Below are positions 24,701-36,592 of a DNA stretch of 64,000 nucleotides, piece after piece. The position numbers and the translations under genes are program-made. The notes under the pieces were generated by a model. It was not told the DNA's origin, ran no database searches, and worked only from the letters and a program-made list of their open reading frames with translations. How positions within the stretch are numbered: position 1 is the first letter of the stretch; each line of letters begins with the position of its first letter. Where the stretch lies: assembly GCA_013239625.1 (NCBI GenBank), contig MU053934.1, positions 7,957,352 through 8,021,351 of the forward strand. The letters are read 5' to 3'. This stretch comes from Lama guanicoe (lineage: Eukaryota).

Positions 24701-27700
24701 ACTTGCCCAGAGAAGACCGGGGGCAATAACAAAATACCACTTCATTTGGCCAGTGCCTTTTGTGAGATTTATTTGGACATGACTTCACTTAACACAGGGC
24801 TATGCAAGCTAGCAGCCTGGCATGTAGCACCAGCAGCTTCTCAGTCACCAGTGTCGTCTCCCACTTACCCTTGTTTCCGGAAGCTTTTTTCTAGACAGCC
24901 ATCACAGTATGTTCCCACACGCGTCCTTTCTCCCATTGCATCAGCATCATACCTGCTTGATGCTCTCGCATGGTGGGATCCAGGTGTGGTCCCTGGACCG
25001 GCAGAATCTGCATCACCTGGGAGCTTGTTAGAAGGGCAGACCCTCAGGGGTGGGGCGTAGAGTCTGGTTTGACAAGGATTCCAGGTGATTCTGCTGAAGA
25101 TCCATATTTGCCAAGCCCTAATCTGGCCCCTTTCCATTTCAGTCAGGGAGTCCAGGATTCTTGGTCCTGCCGCGGTGGCCCGGGGTGAGCCTTGCAGTAG
25201 CAGGGACAGGCAGCTGAAGTCTGCAGACAGTGCTATCAGATAATATATACTTGGGCCTGAAACAGTAAGGGTGCAGTTTGGTTCATCGTCACTGAACCAT
25301 TTATTAAAGCACCGTCCCTGCACGTAGAGCATTTTCAGGCTTGTTGCTCTTGTTGCTTGGAGGCGGCTTAGAAAGACCCAGGGGAATTTAAAAAAAAAAA
25401 GCAGACTGTTCTTAACTGTGGTTTCTCTCTCTCTTGTCTTCACAGGCTTTAATTTGTTCGTCCTTCATTCCTTTCATCTTTGGCTTCATCCCTCCCTCCT
25501 TCAGAGGCGTGGTAAGTCCTCTTTTGAACCATGTGTGCACAACTCCTGCCTGTGTGGCGCTGGGCTCAGGCACCCTGGGACCCTGGGACCTGAGGACCTC
25601 TCTCTGAACTCAGAGCCCTTTGCCTCAGGCTTCAGGCAGAGATCCCATAGCTGCCCCCGCTCCCTGCCCACTTCCAGGCTGCCTGGGCAGCAAAACTAAC
25701 TTCCTGTAGAATCATTATCTGGCTGCCGTAAGGTGAGCTGTTCATGTAATCTTCATGTGAGCACCGAAATAGGTGCCCAGTGGGCTGGTTAAAGTATCAG
25801 ATGCTTAAGAGTCAGTTACTTACTTAGGGAAGAGCTTTATTCTTCGGGGATGAGAATTTCAGTCCTCTCTGGATCCGACTCAGTCCTTTTTAGCTCGTGG
25901 CTCTGGGCAGAAGCTGCCGACAGGGCTGCCATTCGGTTACATTCAAAAAATCTGCAGACCCACGTGGGTTAATTGTGAGCCCCGCCTCCAGTGGAGAAAA
26001 AGAACTTCAGGTACTTGTTCTGCAGGCTCTGGACGAGATGCTGGGTTGTGGTGGACCACCTGGCAGCCTCCCCCCAGGGCAGCGGTTGTCAACCAGAGAT
26101 GACTGTGTCCCCAACCCCAGAACATCTGGTGATGTCTGGAAACAGTTTAGGTGGTCACAACTGTTGGCGAGAAGACATGACACCCCAGTGTCTCGGAGCA
26201 GGGAGCAGGCAGGCACTTCAGAAGCCCGTCCGGTTCACCCTTTAAGAGCACCGCTGTCCTCACGTTGCTGGGCGAGTTGCAAAGGCAGGCTACCTGCAGC
26301 CTCACTCATGCCCCAGAGCGGCCCCGCAACAGGCAGAGTTGTCCCTATTTACAGGTGGGACAACTGAGGCCTGGAGCAATGAAGTGGCCACCCCAAATCT
26401 ATATAGCTCTGCCTGGCAGGCAAACCTGGAATCAAGTCCCTTTGCCCACACGAGGTAGCTGGGCCACTTGGGACACACTTCTTCACCTCTCTGAGACTGA
26501 ACTGCAAAACGAGGCTTAATGATAGTGCAGGGTCGTAGCGCTGTTGTCGGAATGGCATGCGATGATGCAGTGAAGTCTCAGCACGGGGCCTGGCCCATGT
26601 AAGCCTTTGGTAAATGTGGGACACTTTGTCATTGTTGTCCTTAACGTCTTTCCACGTCCCCCAGGCGGCTTCAGCCACGGTGCGTACGCAGCCACCCACC
26701 GTGTGTGCTCAGACACAACCTGCTGAAAATTAGAACAGACTGTTCGTAGGGTTCCACAGACTCAGAACGTCGTGAAGTTCAGAGCAGAGGGAAAATTCTG
26801 CATGGCAGAGGAGTAACTGGACTTGAAGATGTCCCTGGAGTGAAAAACAGTCACCTGCTTCCTCCCTCCTCAGTCTTAGCTAAAGATCCCTGACACTGTG
26901 TCCCATTTCCCTTTCTGCCAGTGCGGGTTTTGGTGCCTTCCTACCTCCTCCCTAGGAATTGTTGGGCAACGATTTAGGAGATGCTGCTATGTCCACACCT
27001 ATAGTCATTCTTGGACTCCAGGCAAAACTCTCTTGATAGCTAAGGCATGGCTGAACATGCCTGGGTATTTTCTGGCCTTGTTTTAGGCCAAAGTGTGTCC
27101 TGAGATTTCTTCCTTTGGAAAGACTGGCCGGGGAAGTTCTTCCAGTTGTGGTATTTGAAGGCCCCCCCTCTGTGGGGAGTGACGGCTGGGCTGTGACGGT
27201 CATGGGTTTGGGAATCATTCTAGACGTTGGTTTCATAGGTGCAGGCTTGGTCCAAACGGTACCAGAGACTGCCTGCCCCAGCCTGGCCATGGGCACTAAT
27301 GTTATTTAAGGATATAAATACAGGAAAACTGATTCTCACAGTACTTACCCCAAATGCCTCCTTGTTGTGGGATAAGATGTCGGTTTCTGAGGGCTGTCCA
27401 AGTCCCCCAGGTCCCTGTGTCATTTCAGTCTCCAGTGCTGGTTCTCACTTCCAAGTTGTGGACAGAGACAGGCTCACAGGTCAAGTGTCTTGTCCAAGAT
27501 TTCTCAAGTAGCAAGAGGCCTCTGGAATGAAGCCCATGGCCAACCATCTGTCTCCTGTAGGACCTGGTCTACATTACACTCTGTCCCCATTGCACACAGC
27601 GTCCCTGGCAAATGGTTTCTTGATGTGAATTACATGGGCACGCCTACGGGTGCCCACCTGGGCTGAGGACTTGGCCATCTGAACCTGGGCCAGATGCCAG

Positions 27701-30700
27701 CCTCCATCTGCCTTTTGGCCAGGCACTTTTTGTGCAGTGCGTAAACTACACAACAGCATGTAACAACCCTGAGTCGCCCTGGCCTGGCCCAGAAATGCTC
27801 AGTAAGGATTTGGTGAGTGATTCCAAAGCCCTGTCCTCCCACTGTGTCCACCTGCGGCTCTGAGAAACCTCTTCCCATAATCTGAAACACACAGAAGACA
27901 CCAGGCTTCTGACAGTGTGTCCTTTCCACACCCCCCCTTAACAGAGATATGTGGATGGAGGAATGACTGACATCTTACCTTTCCTTGATACCAAAACGAC
28001 CATCACTGTGTCCCCCTTCTATGGGGAGAGTGACATCTGCCCTAAAGTCAAGTCCACGAACTTTTTTCACGTGGACCTTACCACGCTGAGTCTGCGCTGC
28101 TGCTCAGAGAATGTCTACCTGCTATACCAGACGCTGTTCCCTCCGGATCTCAATGTAAGAGAAGCTGTGTGTTCTAGGGGTGCTGTTCTCCTTTGCATCC
28201 CTGTTTGCCAGGGGGCCCACCAGTTCTCTGAACGAACCTACCAACAGAAACAGACCCCATCATTAAATTGGAGCTCAGGGCTGCCCGCTCTGGTCACTGG
28301 AATCCCCTGGGGACATCTACAGTGCTGCTGCTCAGATCCCACGTCAGGGCTATGTCTTAAGAAACTGATGCAGGAAAAAGAATGTGGGGAGAGAGGAGGG
28401 CCATGTCCCAGGCCTCAGCTGAGTCCCTAGGATGCACCCCACCAAGTGTGGGTCCTTGGCTTTGTGCAGAAAGGAATCAAAGAGCGAGCCACAGTTGACT
28501 AAAAGTAGATTTACTCAGAGATGCACACTCCGTAGACAGAGTGCAGGCTGTCTCAGAAGGCAAGAGAAAGGCCGTGAGGTGTGAGGGTTGTTAGTTTTTA
28601 TGGTAACTTGCTATGCTCACAAGTGGGAGGGTTATTCCAGCTGCCCTGGGGAGGGGGCTGGGATTCCCAGGAGCTGGGCCACTGCCCACTCTTTGACCTT
28701 TCAAGGTCAGCCTTGCAACTGTGATGGCACCTGAGAGCCATTGACCATGTTAATATATTGCAATGAGTGTATGATGAAGCTCAAGGTCTACTGGAAGTCA
28801 AATCTCCTGCCACCTCGGGCCTCAAGGCCAGCTGGGAGTTGAATCTCCACCATCTTGGTGTTAACTGCTGTGCCATTCATGGCTGTGCTCTGCCCCTTTT
28901 CCTCCTGTTTCAAAGAGGCAGCCTGGGCAGCAGGATTTTTTTTTTTTTAAATTACCCTGATGATTACTATTTGCGGCTGTGGTCAAGGCTGCATTTGGTG
29001 ATTTAACCTTTTTTGGTTTTTGGTGGTGGTTGTGGCTAGTGGGCCTCACCGCCCTCACGTGGTGAGGAAATTGGCAGGGAAAGGAGGCTGTGCAGGACTG
29101 GTTTGTACACAGAAGAGCAGAAGAGGCAGCTATCACGGGCTCAGGACAATGAGATCAGGCCCCGGGATTTCTTAGGGTGGATTCATCTGGGACCAGGGGA
29201 GCCCGCAGAAACCAGCACCCATCATGCTGAGGTGCCAGCAAGGGGTCTGAGGACGCAGGGTTGTTCGAGCCGAGCCCCGGGGAGCACAGAGCTGGGCCCA
29301 GCCCCGCTGCGGCTGTGCACACAGCAGCAGCTTGGAGCTTGGAGTCTGCAGTCAACTGCCCTGATTTGTTCACAGGTGCTTGGAGCAATATGCCTTCAAG
29401 GCTATTTAGACGCGGCCAGGTTCTTGGAAGAGAACGGTAGGTGTGGCGCTGGTCGGAGGAGGGCATAGACATGCCCTTTTCACAAGCTTTCTGTCTGCAC
29501 TCTTGGTAAATGGGGGAGTGAGGCTGGCTCTAAAACCCAGCGCCCTGCACCTTCACCCAGTGTCTTGCTCAGCTCTCTCCTTAGCCCTGTGAGACAGGAA
29601 ATCTTTGCCCCACTTCACAGTGGGGGAGACGGAGAGGCAGCCAAGGGCCCGCTCCACTCCCTGGGAGGCCAGGCTGGGCTCTGAATCCCGGCTGTCACAG
29701 CCCCAGGGCTCACCCTCCCTCCGCAGCGTCACCCGTCTACGTGCTGAAGGCAGTCCGTTTGTTCTCCTTTTCTCCTTGAACTATTGTGAACCTCTAGTTT
29801 AACAAGGAAGGAAGATAAACAGGGATTCTGGGCTTGGGCCTCATGTGAAGCAGTCAGAATAGTTGCTTCCAGCCAGGTACGGGCCCTGCCCATCAGCCCA
29901 GCTGTCTGTCCTGGAGCAAGTTCCTGCCTTTGAGCCCCGCTGGCTTACCCAGGCTGCAGGAGCTGGGCTCTCAAAATGTCAGAGTGGACCCAACATTAGG
30001 TGTGTCTGGGGCTCTTTTCCTTTGATACTAAAAGTTGGTTCATGCATTGGTCCTCTGAATTTGTCTTTGACCAAGACCAAGGAGATGGTGTGGTTACTAG
30101 TAGTGGACGACCTGGCAGCCTCCCCCCAGGGCAGCGGTTGTCAACCAGAGATGACTGTGTCCCCAACCCCAGAACATCTGGTGATGTCTGGAAACAGTTT
30201 AGGTGGTCACAACTGTTGGCGAGAAGACATGACACCCCAGTGTCTCGGAGCAGGGAGCAGGCAGGCACTTCAGAAGCCCGTCCGGTTCACCCTTTAAGAG
30301 CACCGCTGTCCTCACGTTGCTGGGCGAGTTGCAAAGGCAGGCTACCTGCAGCCTCACTCATGCCCCAGAGCGGCCCCGCAACAGGCAGAGTTGTCCCTAT
30401 TTACAGGTGGGACAACTGAGGCCTGGAGCAATGAAGTGGCCACCCCAAATCTATATAGCTCTGCCTGGCAGGCAAACCTGGAATCAAGTCCCTTTGCCCA
30501 CACGAGGTAGCTGGGCCACTTGGGACACACTTCTTCACCTCTCTGAGACTGAACTGCAAAACGAGGCTTAATGATAGTGCAGGGTCGTAGCGCTGTTGTC
30601 GGAATGGCATGCGATGATGCAGTGAAGTCTCAGCACGGGGCCTGGCCCATGTAAGCCTTTGGTAAATGTGGGACACTTTGTCATTGTTGTCCTTAACGTC

Positions 30701-33700
30701 TTTCCACGTCCCCCAGGCGGCTTCAGCCACGGTGCGTACGCAGCCACCCACCGTGTGTGCTCAGACACAACCTGCTGAAAATTAGAACAGACTGTTCGTA
30801 GGGTTCCACAGACTCAGAACGTCATGAAGTTCAGAGCAGAGGGAAAATTCTGCATGGCAGAGGAGTAACTGGACTTGAAGATGTCCCTGGAGTGAAAAAC
30901 AGTCACCTGCTTCCTCCCTCCTCAGTCTTAGCTAAAGATCCCTGACACTGTGTCCCATTTCCCTTTCTGCCAGTGCGGGTTTTGGTGCCTTCCTACCTCC
31001 TCCCTAGGAATTGTTGGGCAACGATTTAGGAGATGCTGCTATGTCCACACCTATAGTCATTCTTGGACTCCAGGCAAAACTCTCTTGATAGCTAAGGCAT
31101 GGCTGAACATGCCTGGGTATTTTCTGGCCTTGTTTTAGGCCAAAGTGTGTCCTGAGATTTCTTCCTTTGGAAAGACTGGCCGGGGAAGTTCTTCCAGTTG
31201 TGGTATTTGAAGGCCCCCCCTCTGTGGGGAGTGACGGCTGGGCTGTGACGGTCATGGGTTTGGGAATCATGCTAGACGTTGGTTTCATAGGTGCAGGCTT
31301 GGTCCAAATGGTACCAGAAAATGTAACTTGTGTAACTGGAGTAATGGGGGTGGGGGTGGGGGACAGAGAGGAGAGGGGCAGGAATGGCGATCAGTGAAGA
31401 GTGGAGGGGCAAGGCCGGGCCCACAGCAATAGGGAGCTGTGGAGGGCTGCCGAACCAAGAGTGAGGGCAGTCAGGGGAGAGCTCTGGAAAGTCCCCTCGC
31501 TGCAGTGCAGAGAAGGTGAGAGCAGCATCCAGGAGGCCAAGAAGGCAGCCATAGGCTTGACTGGGGTCGGGGCAGCAGAGGTGGCGGAAGGAGCCCAAGG
31601 GAACAGGACCTGGGGATGACCAACCAGAGATTCAGGAGGAGGAAGACTCAGGGATGAAGTCCTGGGCTCTGGCTTCTGCCGTGGGGACAGGGTGGGGATG
31701 GGAGGAGAGGGTTCTGCTCATGGCTCAGTGCTCTTGCGGGGTCGTGGGTTCTGCAGGAAAGCTGGTGTGCCCTGTGTGTGATGTATGGGTGTGCGATACC
31801 CAGGGGCATTTTTGGGTGGTTGTGCAAGAGGCACAATGATGTCAAAGTCCGAGGTTCTGAAGAGCAGTCTGGATGGGGGTGGAGTTGGGGGGCAATCTGG
31901 GAATATATAATGGTGATAGATCTTATAGAAGTTACTAGGTGCCTTTGGATAAGCCATCTCCCCTCCCTGGGCCTCTGTTTCCACATCTGTAGCAAAGGCA
32001 TTTGTATTAAATGATGTCCAGGCAATTGTCAGTCATTCTAAGGACTGGCATGTGGGTGGGTGTTGGCAGCATGGGGGCTGGGTTTGGGTTTAATGATCTA
32101 AGCGAGGTCCTCCCTCGGCCAGGCTGGCCTCCTGCAGAGGACAAGTCAGGGTGAGACAGATGTGCTCTGGGAACAGAGTCCTTGAAACTTTCTTAAGGGA
32201 AAAATGAAGTCCCAGAGGGTGAGCTGTGTGTCTAATAGAGGCTGGAAAGATCTGGGGGAGCGTAACCGGGACGTGTAACCTGAGGAGCAAGGTGTGGGCA
32301 TCCCAGAGCCATGCCTGGTCTTTTAACCTGAGATAGAAGGCAGTCGTGGGCATCCGGAACTACCCGTCCCGCTGCCCCCAGCCAGCCTGCCAGTTCTGAG
32401 CAGGAACCACTCATTCTATCAGCCTGTGCACCGACACCTAGGGCAGTGGTGCACAAACTCCCTTACCTAATGCTTCTTTCAAGGCCGTGTGATGGAAGGG
32501 TACCACCTTTGACATCAGACCTACATTTGAATCGCACTCTGCCACGTATTGGCTGTGTGGCTTTGGAAGAATTTCTTAACCTCTCTGTGCTTCTGAGTCC
32601 TCAGCTGAAAAGAGGAGACGATGATGATGGTAGCAATTGAACAGCTGCCACAGGGCCTGGAATGCTGACTTAACCAGCGGTTCGGTTATTATAAATGGGT
32701 TATAATCCTTATCTTTCAACCTCATGAATCCCATGTGGCCACAGAGCCCACACAACCAGAGCCCCCACTTTCTCCCTGCTAGGAATGCCTGCCCTCGGGG
32801 ATCCCTGCCTTGTACTAGTAACCGGCCTGCCGCTTCCCGGGTTTGGTGGGCAGATGGGTGGGTGAGTGATGACCTCGCTGCCTGAATTCACCTGATGGGT
32901 TTGTTTCCATGTCCTTCGGAGGCATCCGTGTCAGGCCCCAGCCATGCCTGAATGCATCCTCGGGAGAGTTGGAAGTCCTTGAACTCCCCGGGGAACCTGT
33001 GAGCCTGGAGACTACCCCCGGGGTGGCTGCCTGGGGGGCGAGGCCCCAGGGAGACGAGCTTCTGGACCACCTGCGCCTCAGCATCCTGCACTGGGATGAG
33101 AGCATCCTGGAGACCCTGTCGCCCAAGTTCCTGTTAGGTGCTGGCTCTCCGGGGGGGGGGGGGAGGTGGACAGCAGAGGAGGCTGCTCTCTGTGACCCCG
33201 CAAGGGGCGGAAAGGGTGGTTTTCCTGTGTGTTAGAGGGAGGTAATGCTGCCCTGTGGGAAGAGATGGGGTGGAACAACCATAGCAGGCCGCCGGGGCCC
33301 CCACCTCGCAGCACAGGCCTCCTATCCACCTGGGTCCTGGCTCAGTCTCCCTTCCCAGGGGGTCATGGCCAGAGGAAAACAAACTCCAGCTGAGCTTTGA
33401 GTTAACCTGCAGTGCCCTCTGCTCCCAAGGTCCAGGCACACCGGATTTCGGGGGACTCTGGGGGTGGTCTGTTCTTTGAGAACACCATTCTCTGCCTGTC
33501 CACCCATCTCAAAGCCTTCTCTCTAGAAGGGCCCTCCTAATTTCTCCCTTCCCCCAAACCACAGTTTTGAACCTTCTTTGAAGCTGGTGCATTTGATCGG
33601 GTCATCAGCTATCTGATGGACAGATGTGTGCACCATCCAGCTCTCAGTCACTTGGGGACATTTGGGGAAATTCAAAGATGAACTGGATCCCATTTCTTGG

Positions 33701-36592
33701 CCCCTGAGGCACTTACACCGTAGGAGTTGCACTAATCGGCAGCTGCCCAGGTTAATGTGATTTGAGGCATCACAATGCCATTACAAAGGGGAAGTAGAAG
33801 GCTAGGAGATTCCAGGCCGAAGAGATGGAATCCAGCTGAAGGTGCAAAGCAGAGCTTCTGAAGTCAGGGTAGGGGGTGGTTTGAGCAGTTAAGCCTCCTG
33901 AAATAGTCAGTTTAAAAGAGAGCCGTTCACTAGGACCGTGTACCCAGTAGGCGATCAAAGGGCTATTTGGGCACATTCCCCATTTGATCTCATTTGTGAA
34001 AGCTGCTTTTTCTGCTGCCAAGATCTGTCTATTTCACAGAAATTCCAAGCACTATGTGGGGAAGATAGGCTGATTTTTATGCTGGTGGGAGACAAGATGT
34101 CTAAATTGTATTTTCAGCACTGAGAGAAGCAGTTAGAAACCAAGATGGGTTCATAAGCAAGATCTGCAACTCCTTCCCTGTTAGGGTGATGTCCTATATG
34201 ATGCTGCCCTGTACGCTGCCCATGGAGTCTGCGATTGCTGTGGTCCAGAGGTGAGTGTTTCAGGTGCCTTTGTGTCTGTGTAGAACGCCCCCGAAAGGTG
34301 TCTCACCGGTGAGCCCCAGCCCATCCCACCTCCTCTTCATTGCTGTTCTAGGTTTGTCCCTTCTTCTAGGTCTGCACTTGTACTTGGGGAGTTCATTCAT
34401 GCTGTGCTGGGAGGGACCCGAGGCAAACGTCTGTGCCTGCTTTATTTCTGCGTATTGTTCCCCTCGGCCCTCTTCAGATTCACTTTGGGTTTACCTTCCT
34501 TTTAGCAAGTATGTCCTTCAGTCCATCTTTTAAAGTCCAAACCATCCTTCAAAACCCAGCTCAGTTCTCTGGCTTTCATGAACCTTCCCAGGTCCCTTCC
34601 TGGCTCTACTCAACTAGCCACCTGCTCCCACCCAGCCTTGCCCTGCATCGAGGTCTGTTTCTGCATTTCCCAGAGCCCGAGGCGTGGGGTCCTTTTGTGT
34701 TGGGGGGTTGGGAGTCTGTGGAGGGCTGCAGTCAGGCCTCCTTAGCTGCTTCCGCTGCTGGGCGGGACATGTCGACCCCAGGATGCTCTGCATCGGTGGC
34801 CACAGATGGGTCAGATCCTGGAAAACCAAGGCCTTTTGCTTTTACTTCTATGTTCAGCTTTCCCGAGTCAAAAGCGGCCTTCCTTTGCTTAGGGGTTTTA
34901 GGTAGGCTTGTCTTCGGGAATTTCTCAGATTGGTGTTAGAAGTGACCCTGGCGGTTTACCTGGACCCGGTGGTATTGTTGTAAGATACCTCCCTTTGGTT
35001 TGGTTTTTGTTTTGTTCTTTTTGCTTCGGCCCGTCTCTGTGCTCACATGATGTGTTGTCTCTCTGTTTTATTCCCCCAGACTGGTGATGTGGCTTCCACA
35101 CGTGCCTGACGACATCCAGTGGCTGCAGTGGGCGGTGTCCCGGGTTTGCTCCCGAGTGGTGGTGCACCTGCTCCCCACTTCCAGGTAAACAACGTGCCTA
35201 TGGGTGTGTGTGTCCCACAGGCACCCTCCTATCTGCTCAGGCCTCACATGCCATTTTAGAAATGTCTTTGGGCCCCAGTAGGTGGCAAGGAGTTTATCTT
35301 GTATCACAGGGAACACTGTCTTACCAGGGACAGCTGAGCCAATCAGAGGTGCCAGTGCATCTGCTAAAAGATGGTCAAGACTTAGCTGCACAGGGCACGG
35401 TGAAGCCCGGGGAGGGGGCGGGGAGGTGTGTCCACTGAGCCCAGTTTTGATGGCGGAAGAGAGAGCTGGACGATGAAGCAGAGGAAGGGCAGGTCCCTAA
35501 AGATGCAGTTCAGCTAGCGTCAGAGAGCACTGGTTTGCCTAGGGGAAGTAGGTGGGGATGCCGGCAGCACAGGGAGTGGGTGGGGCATGGAGAGGCGGGG
35601 CCCCATTTGGGGGCGAGGTGCCAGCTAAGGCAGATTCCCGTCTAACCTCAGACTTGCTGAACCACAGTCCCTCGTGATGGAACTCGGCAATCTGTGTGCT
35701 TCCCATGGTCTGGATGCTGCTGCTACTTTCGGGGTTCTGAAAACTAACTCAGCAAGCAGAGCCTTGTTCCAGTCACAAGGGCTGGACCTTACCCTGAACA
35801 TTGTGGGTCTCGGCCTCCTCCCCTGTTCGTTCGGGGGGGTGCTCCTCTCCTCACGGGGCGTCCATGAGGCTTTGGGGAGCCCCTAGCACAGTCCCGGGCA
35901 CATGGGGGCACTCGGGAGACAAGGCCACAGCTGTTAGTGCTGTTAGCAGACATGGAAGGGTTTAAAGCAGGCTGTGGAACGACCCAGTGTGCACTGGGAA
36001 GTGGCCATGTGGAGGCGGTGGGGTCACCCGTGAGGGGGCAGCTGCGCTGGCCCAGCAAGGAGCAGGGCTTGCTCTCAAGACGCTTTAGGACTGAGAGGCG
36101 TCCAGAGGCTCTAGGCCAAAAGCTGTCGGTTGTGAGCCCTGGTGCCTGCCCATCCTCCAGGGAGTGGGGCAGGAGGCGGCGGCCTGGGGGACGGCCGTGC
36201 GGGCTGCAGTAGGGCGCCCCGGCAGGTGAGCTGGTTTGAGTGGAGGAAACGGATGGGCTCCTCTGTGCCCGTGAATAGCCAGTGCAAGGTGTCCAGGTGG
36301 CTGGGAGGGCCACAGGTTTTGGAGGGCCGGGATGGTGACATCAGCCCTGGGGGCTGAGGGAGTTGTGGTCTGGGGCTGGGCCACCCTGCAGGTCCCAAAG
36401 CATGTGGCGGTATGCTTGGCATCCCTGGCAGTGTCCATTCGTCCTCCCTGACACTGAAGACTTCAGGGCAGCAGGTCAGTGGCTGACTTAGAATTCATCT
36501 GTTTCAGATCCCAAATACCAGCGAGGGACCAACAGCCTGACTGCCACAAATCAGAACATGAGGGGCACCCCTGGCCTCTGTGCTCCTCCTAG
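21063..36592 (+). CDS. PNPLA3: Patatin-like phospholipase domain-containing protein 3 (adiponutrin), 9 coding exons: 21063-21249, 24082-24314, 25446-25511, 27945-28154, 29376-29436, 32922-33137, 34118-34250, 35080-35184, 36508-36592; 1296 nt, 431 aa
   Basis: The spliced translation starts MYDLERDWSLSFSGCGFLGFYHVG and contains the GCGFLG oxyanion motif, GSSAG (catalytic Ser47) and DGG (Asp166). All introns are GT-AG with consistent phases. It lies directly upstream of SAMM50 as in other mammals. Confidence 0.96.
23200..23480 (+). mobile_element. Composite L1 3' fragments in PNPLA3 intron 1, including a ~38-bp L1 tail insertion with target-site duplication
   Basis: L1 3'UTR text; agaaattacac(c)caca is duplicated at 23396-23411 and 23450-23464 around ...tgtaaactgactatacctcaattaataaaaaaaa. 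Confidence 0.7.
24082..24314 (+). CDS. PNPLA3: PNPLA3 coding exon 2
   Basis: cccag acceptor; DQTLQVLRDLV...ISLTRVSDGENVLVSDFQSKDEVID; donor gtaagc. Confidence 0.95.
25446..25511 (+). CDS. PNPLA3: PNPLA3 coding exon 3 (Ile148 codon at 25467-25469)
   Basis: cacag acceptor; ALICSSFIPFIFGFIPPSFRGV; donor gtaagt. Confidence 0.95.
26051..27266 (+). repeat. Intragenic segmental duplication, copy 1 (PNPLA3 intron 3)
   Basis: Matches 30103-31318 at a fixed offset of 4052 with about 4 mismatches seen by eye; several ORF-track translations are identical between the two copies. Confidence 0.95.
27945..28154 (+). CDS. PNPLA3: PNPLA3 coding exon 4 (catalytic Asp166)
   Basis: aacag acceptor; RYVDGGMTDILPFLDTKTTITVSPFYGESDICPKVKSTNF...FPPDLN; donor gtaaga. 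Confidence 0.95.
28365..28900. mobile_element. ERV1-type solo LTR in PNPLA3 intron 4
   Basis: tgatgcaggaaaaagaa...gggtccttggctttgtgcagaaaggaatcaaagagcgagcca..., resembling recalled laurasiatherian LTRs; boundaries approximate. Confidence 0.55.
29376..29436 (+). CDS. PNPLA3: PNPLA3 coding exon 5
   Basis: cacag acceptor; VLGAICLQGYLDAARFLEEN; donor gtaggt. Confidence 0.95.
30103..31318 (+). repeat. Intragenic segmental duplication, copy 2 (PNPLA3 intron 5)
   Basis: Direct-orientation near-identical copy of 26051-27266. Confidence 0.95.
32922..33137 (+). CDS. PNPLA3: PNPLA3 coding exon 6
   Basis: GIRVRPQP...GDELLDHLRLSILHWDESILETLSPKFLL matches the PNPLA3 exon 6 motif; acceptor is ttcggag (weak) and donor is gtgctg (weak). 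Confidence 0.85.
34118..34250 (+). CDS. PNPLA3: PNPLA3 coding exon 7
   Basis: ttttcag acceptor; ALREAVRNQDGFISKICNSFPVRVMSYMMLPCTLPMESAIAVVQR; donor gtgagt. Confidence 0.95.
35080..35184 (+). CDS. PNPLA3: PNPLA3 coding exon 8
   Basis: ccccag acceptor; LVMWLPHVPDDIQWLQWAVSRVCSRVVVHLLPTSR; donor gtaaac. Confidence 0.95.
36508..36592 (+). CDS. PNPLA3: PNPLA3 terminal coding exon 9 up to TAG
   Basis: tttcag acceptor; SQIPARDQQPDCHKSEHEGHPWPLCSS* resembles the human RSQMP..QQ start of the last exon; TAG at 36590-36592. Confidence 0.85.

Noticed and set aside
25467..25469. Codon equivalent to human PNPLA3 I148M
   Set aside because: It is ATT (Ile), the ordinary state, so not unusual.
26265..31138. 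Pairs of identical ORFs in the ORF track suggesting a duplicated gene
   Set aside because: They are non-coding by-products of the intronic duplication and overlap MIR/MER20-like remnants.
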